From Gammaproteobacteria bacterium (GTDB lineage Bacteria; Pseudomonadota; Gammaproteobacteria; JABABF01), in the NCBI GenBank assembly GCA_965237805.1, contig OZ250153.1, positions 576,001 through 640,000 of the forward strand: DNA of 64,000 nucleotides, given 5' to 3'. Each line of letters begins with the position of its first letter. The stretch's first letter is position 1. Made by a program: the position numbers and the translations under genes. Of this stretch, positions 60,117 through 64,000 are shown in pieces. The notes under the pieces were generated by a model. The model was not told where the DNA came from, searched no databases, and was given only the letters and a program-made list of their open reading frames with translations.

Positions 60117-61451
60117 ATGCCAGTATCAGCGGACAGGCAGTTGCCAGCTGACAACACCCACACCCTGCCCGGGGCGCGCTTCGTGCTGGCGATGTTGTTG
60201 CTCGCCTATATCCTCTCTTTTGTCGACCGGCAGATACTGAGCCTGCTGGTCGGTCCGATACGCGACGATCTCGGTATCGGCGACTTCCAGTTCAGCCTGC
60301 TCAGCGGTGCCGCCTTCGCGCTGTTCTACACGCTGATGGGTATTCCGATAGGCCGCTGGGCGGACAGTGGCAACCGTAGCCGCATTATCGTCATCGGCAT
60401 CGCCCTGTGGAGCGCGATGACTGCACTGTGCGGCGTCGCACGCAGCTTCGGTGCGCTGTTTGCCGCACGCGTCGGCGTGGCCGTGGGCGAGGCCGCCCTG
60501 TCGCCGCCGAGCTATTCCCTACTCAGTGACTATTTCTCGCCCGCACGCCTACCACGGGCACTGGCGATCTACACCTTGGGAATCACGGTGGGTGGTGGCA
60601 TGGCCTACCTGATCGGCGGTGCTGTGGTTGGCTTCATCGGCGAGATGGAGGCCGTCCCATGGCCACTAGTCGGCGAGCTGGCACCGTGGCGACTGGCCTT
60701 CATCATCGTCGGCCTGCCTGGGCTGCTGGTGGCGCTGTTGGTCTACGCCACTGTGCACGAGCCGCCGCGCCGTCTGCAGCCGGGCGAAAAAGGAAAACTG
60801 CTGTCCGTACACAGCGCGCTACGACACATCGTGGGGCACCGTGCCGACTACGCCGTGGTGCTGTACACAGTGCCGCTACTGTCAATCGCCGGCTACGGCT
60901 TTCTCGGCTGGTATCCTGAATACCTGATCCGCACCTTCGATGTCGCACGTAGCCAAGCAGGCTACCTAACTGGCGGGCTCTACCTGATCAGCGGCACCGC
61001 TGGCACCCTGTGCGGTGCCCGCCTCGCTGAGTTGCTAGCTCGGCGCGGCTACCGCGACGCCAATGGTCGGCTGGTGGCGCTGGTGGCCAGCGCCCTGCCG
61101 CTGCCAGTACTGCTCTCCACCCAAGCTGACAGCTTGGCGATGGCCATAGTGCTGGCGACACCGGTGATCTTCCTACTCAACGCCTATTTCGGCGTCTCGC
61201 TGGCAGCTCTGCAATTGGTGACCCCCAACCGTCTGCGCGCACAGCTGTCGGCCGGGCTATTATTCGCCACCAACCTACTCGGCTTGGGCTTTGGCACCAG
61301 CGCCGTGGCGGCGCTCACCGAGTTCGGCTTCGGCGACGATGCCGCGCTAGGGCGCTCGCTGGCACTGGTCGGCAGCGCGGTCACACTGCTGGCGGCACTG
61401 ATCGCTTGGCGTCAGCTGGGCGGCTATCGGGCGGCTATCGGGCGGCGTTGA
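60117..61451 (+). CDS. MFS transporter (spinster-like)
   Basis: SFVDRQILSLLV.PI..DL, G.P.GR.AD...R, R..V.VGEA.L.P, WR..F..VG.PG; about 12 TM segments. Confidence 0.92.
   Translation: MPVSADRQLPADNTHTLPGARFVLAMLLLAYILSFVDRQILSLLVGPIRDDLGIGDFQFSLLSGAAFALFYTLMGIPIGRWADSGNRSRIIVIGIALWSAMTALCGVARSFGALFAARVGVAVGEAALSPPSYSLLSDYFSPARLPRALAIYTLGITVGGGMAYLIGGAVVGFIGEMEAVPWPLVGELAPWRLAFIIVGLPGLLVALLVYATVHEPPRRLQPGEKGKLLSVHSALRHIVGHRADYAVVLYTVPLLSIAGYGFLGWYPEYLIRTFDVARSQAGYLTGGLYLISGTAGTLCGARLAELLARRGYRDANGRLVALVASALPLPVLLSTQADSLAMAIVLATPVIFLLNAYFGVSLAALQLVTPNRLRAQLSAGLLFATNLLGLGFGTSAVAALTEFGFGDDAALGRSLALVGSAVTLLAALIAWRQLGGYRAAIGRR
61418..61446 (+). repeat. 11-bp tandem repeat GGGCGGCTATC x2.6 at the MFS 3' end
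   Basis: Copies at 61418-61428 and 61429-61439, with a partial copy at 61440-61446. Confidence 0.85.
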
Positions 61452-61477
61452 AGCGGCCACCAGAAACAGTCAAGGGC

Positions 61478-62147
61478 ATGGTACGGTTGATTGGACATGG
61501 CTTCGTCAAAAGCTATGGTGCCAGTATTTCCAATGAAATAACCAAGTTGGCCCCAAAAATAAAATCGCAGCTCCTGCAGGATATGTTTGTGCTGTGTGAG
61601 TTGGATTGCAAAAAAAGAGGTGTTTTCGTTGAAATTGGAGCGGCGGATGGCATTAAATGCAGCAATACATATTGACTTGAAGCCGAGTTTGGATGGACTG
61701 GCATGCTAGCCGAGCCTGCGCGGCACTGGCATCAATCACTGCAAGCCAACAGATCAGCCAAAGTTGCGTTGGATTGTGTTTGGGAGCGGAGTGGAGAAAC
61801 ACTGAAATTTCTAGAGTCTGATGAGAAAATGCTCTCAACTATTTCAACGTATATATGGAATGATGCTGGCAGTCTGGCACCACCGACGAAGTGCGGACTA
61901 TATCTATGCTGGACAAACATGGTGCTCCCAAGCAGATTGACTATCTTGCTATCAATACAGAAGGTGGCGAATACGGTATCCTCAAGAGTTTTGATTTTAA
62001 AAAATACAAGATATCGATTATCATATGTGAACACAATTACAATCCAGAACAAAGTAAAAAATTCACGATTTGCTGAGTTCCAACGGATCTATTCAAGTAC
62101 ACCGAGATATATCATTTTTTGATGCTTGGTATAGGCTCAGAGAGTAA
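61478..62147 (+). pseudogene. AT-rich FkbM family methyltransferase pseudogene
   Basis: SQLLQD.FVL, FVEIGAADG...SNTY*LE..FGW.G.LAEP (in-frame TGA 61673-61675), frameshift near 61880 into AP..IDYL.INTEG.EY..L..FDF..Y....I.CEHNY, and a second shift at the A-run 62056-62061 into IHDLL...FDAWY. Confidence 0.88.
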
Positions 62148-62288
62148 GCAAAGCACTGCCAACCGCGCGCTAGCGCCGAAGGATCGAGCACAGTCAATGG
62201 CAGCGAGGGGCACCCGATGCCGCGGGTCGCTCGTCACCCTGCGTCAGCTCGCAACAACCATTTGCGTCCATCCCGGCTAGGGATGGCT

Positions 62289-63035
62289 CTATCCTGCTCT
62301 ACCACGCAACCACAGCGTCGCTCCGCTGGCGGCCAAGACCAGTAATAACAGCGAGGCCAGTGTCATGACGGCCACGCCTGCCGCGCCGAAGAGACGCCCA
62401 CTGTGCGCATCTTGGAGCCAGCGCTCCCAAGTGATACGACGGCCAGCGGCGTGACGGCGCACCGCTGTGCCCAAGGCCACCGGGATGGCTTGTGGCACCG
62501 ACCATGCCGACAGCAGGGGTGCCGCTGCGATAGCGCTGAATAGGCGAAACTCGGCATCGGCGACCACTAGGCCGCTGAGGCCGCGCAACACCACACGGCC
62601 ATCCGCTGCACGTGCGATGGCACTGACAGCATCTGACAATCCCGCACCGGGTTGCAATCGGTCGAGCAAAGCGCCGTCACGGTTCAGCAAGAGCAAACCA
62701 CCATCGGCAACCACGGCCAAAGATCCGTCGGCGGTGCCCACCGCCCCGCCCAGCACAGTCACCCGCAAGCCAGGCAAGGCGATGCCATCCAAATACAGCC
62801 CTGCACCCGCTTGGGAAAGCCAACGCCCCGCTGCCAAGTAGCTGCGCTCCTCGACCAGCGGCAGCTGATAGGGCAGCAACAGCAGCGGCGCGACGACAAA
62901 ACGCTGCTCCAAATGCAGCGCATCGGAAAATTGCAGAGCTAGCCCGGTGGCCAGCCACAGCATGAGAAAAGCCGCACCAAAAAGTGCGATTGAACGGTGT
63001 AGTGCTCGCATCGCGCTCAGCCCGGAGCGCCGCAC
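62289..63035 (-). CDS. PepSY-associated TM helix domain protein
   Basis: N-terminal R.LHR.......F...L..TG, C-terminal TWER.L.D.HSGR.FG and SG..LW. Confidence 0.85.
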   Translation of the reverse strand: MRRSGLSAMRALHRSIALFGAAFLMLWLATGLALQFSDALHLEQRFVVAPLLLLPYQLPLVEERSYLAAGRWLSQAGAGLYLDGIALPGLRVTVLGGAVGTADGSLAVVADGGLLLLNRDGALLDRLQPGAGLSDAVSAIARAADGRVVLRGLSGLVVADAEFRLFSAIAAAPLLSAWSVPQAIPVALGTAVRRHAAGRRITWERWLQDAHSGRLFGAAGVAVMTLASLLLLVLAASGATLWLRGRAG

Positions 63036-63637
63036 TATTGCGGCACGAGCGCCGCCGTGGCTGGCGATGCATCGGCGGCGATGTGCCCATGCAACAGCAA
63101 GGCTAAGCGCGCCATACGGTTCATCGCATTGACCGACAGCGTGGCACCGCTGATACCGTTGACGCGACGACTCAAACGCTGCTGCTTGGATTGGAGCCGC
63201 AAGCCCTCATACTGGCGCAGAAAACGCGGATGCTTGATCTCCCAGCCACGGCTCTCGCGATAGATCAACACGCTCGCTTGGCGCAGCACCGGCAACCCCA
63301 CGCCACCATCTTCTCCAGCTCCTCCCTCGACGACAAAACCCGCCGTGATGAGGTGGTCGCGCCCAGTCTGCTCCAACAGCCACGCACTGCGCTGCCCCCG
63401 GTGCCAGTAGCGCAAGCGCCCAAGCGGGTATGGCTTGCCAAGCACACGCTGCATCTCGACCAGCAGGGCATCATCCGGCACGAGCAAGCGCACCGGCGGC
63501 AGCGCAGCACCAAAACTCTGAGCCAAAAAGCGCTCTGGTGCCAGCACCACCGACACAGCTCCCGACAATGTGGCCGGTACGCTGGCGAAGCTCAGTGCGC
63601 ACAATGCCAAAAATGCTAAAACGGCATGCAATGGCAC
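63035..63637 (-). CDS. Extracytosolic FMN-binding protein
   Basis: Signal-like N-terminus, YRESRG.E....F..Q..G, and flavinylation motif NGISGATLS. Start approximate. Confidence 0.85.
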   Translation of the reverse strand: MPLHAVLAFLALCALSFASVPATLSGAVSVVLAPERFLAQSFGAALPPVRLLVPDDALLVEMQRVLGKPYPLGRLRYWHRGQRSAWLLEQTGRDHLITAGFVVEGGAGEDGGVGLPVLRQASVLIYRESRGWEIKHPRFLRQYEGLRLQSKQQRLSRRVNGISGATLSVNAMNRMARLALLLHGHIAADASPATAALVPQ

Positions 63638-63654
63638 ACCACACCGGCAAGCAA

Positions 63655-64000
63655 TCAAAACTGATAGCCCAAGCCAACATTGAAGCTGTTGTAATCGCGC
63701 CCGCCTTGGTCGGCGAGGTCGTGCTTGGCTCCTTGGTAATCTAATTTGATGACCACCTGCTCGTGTGGCCACAGGCTGAGACCTAGCGTCCACCGCTTGA
63801 AGTCATCTTGGGCGCGCCCGCCACGCACATCGGTGATGCGGACAAAGACCCCCATCGCGTCGCTGAGTCGCACAGAAGGCTCGATAAACCAGCCATACTG
63901 CTCGTCGTAGCCCGCGCTCTCAACCGAACCGGTGACATCGAACAGCCAACCGGCGGCCAAAGCTCGCACAGCAAAGATGTCATACTGCCAATTGACATGC
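63655..64000 (-). CDS. Outer-membrane beta-barrel/porin (5' part outside window)
   Basis: Alternating amphipathic strands, GW..EP, WPH..VV.K.DY, and C-terminal FNVGLGYQF beta-signal. Confidence 0.8.
   Translation of the reverse strand, partial: HVNWQYDIFAVRALAAGWLFDVTGSVESAGYDEQYGWFIEPSVRLSDAMGVFVRITDVRGGRAQDDFKRWTLGLSLWPHEQVVIKLDYQGAKHDLADQGGRDYNSFNVGLGYQF

Noticed and set aside
61673-61675. In-frame TGA as selenocysteine or readthrough in FkbM
   Set aside because: It falls at a hydrophobic (Leu-type) position and two further frameshifts follow, so decay is the simpler explanation.
62268-62286. Hairpin CCATCCC-GGCTA-GGGATGG (and the palindrome at 9982-9999) as intrinsic terminators
   Set aside because: Neither strand has a U-tract, so they were not called as terminators.
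1-64000. CRISPR arrays, IS elements, prophage or defence genes
   Set aside because: No repeat-spacer periodicity, or transposase, integrase, phage or nuclease motifs were recognised by eye; short dispersed repeats could have been missed.

Overview
High-GC gammaproteobacterial chromosome segment with Pseudomonadales/Cellvibrionales-like gene order; host association is possible but is only an inference. About 1-46 kb is core genome: a partial UDP-glucose dehydrogenase, a K+ channel, pilA-pilC-pilD-coaE, argJ-secA-lpxC, the dcw cluster (mraZ to ftsZ), rnpB, rsmI/lpoA-yraN-BON, rplM-rpsI-petABC-sspA, tRNA-Gln, proS plus a Sel1-repeat protein, mutS, an FGase/GCS2 pair, cinA-recA-recX, and ibpA with a sigma32 promoter and ROSE thermometer. 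About 46-64 kb is accessory: a nine-gene CoA-linked/hydrolase catabolic cluster, a J-domain protein, three tandem paralogous GT2 genes, a deacylase-MFS pair, an AT-rich FkbM pseudogene, and a porin/FMN-binding/PepSY module running off the right end. The most notable observations are: (1) FtsZ has substituted GTP-pocket residues, an N-terminal insertion and a second out-of-frame copy of its C-terminal peptide; (2) murD, pilB, diaA/gmhA, sspB and other genes are cleanly absent from conserved operons; (3) -10 hexamers sit exactly 6 nt before start codons, suggesting leaderless mRNAs; (4) short tandem duplications create gene ends; (5) the GT2 triplet shares a His/Cys C-terminal motif. No CRISPR array, integrase, transposase or rRNA was seen. 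All family assignments are by motif recognition, without database searches.
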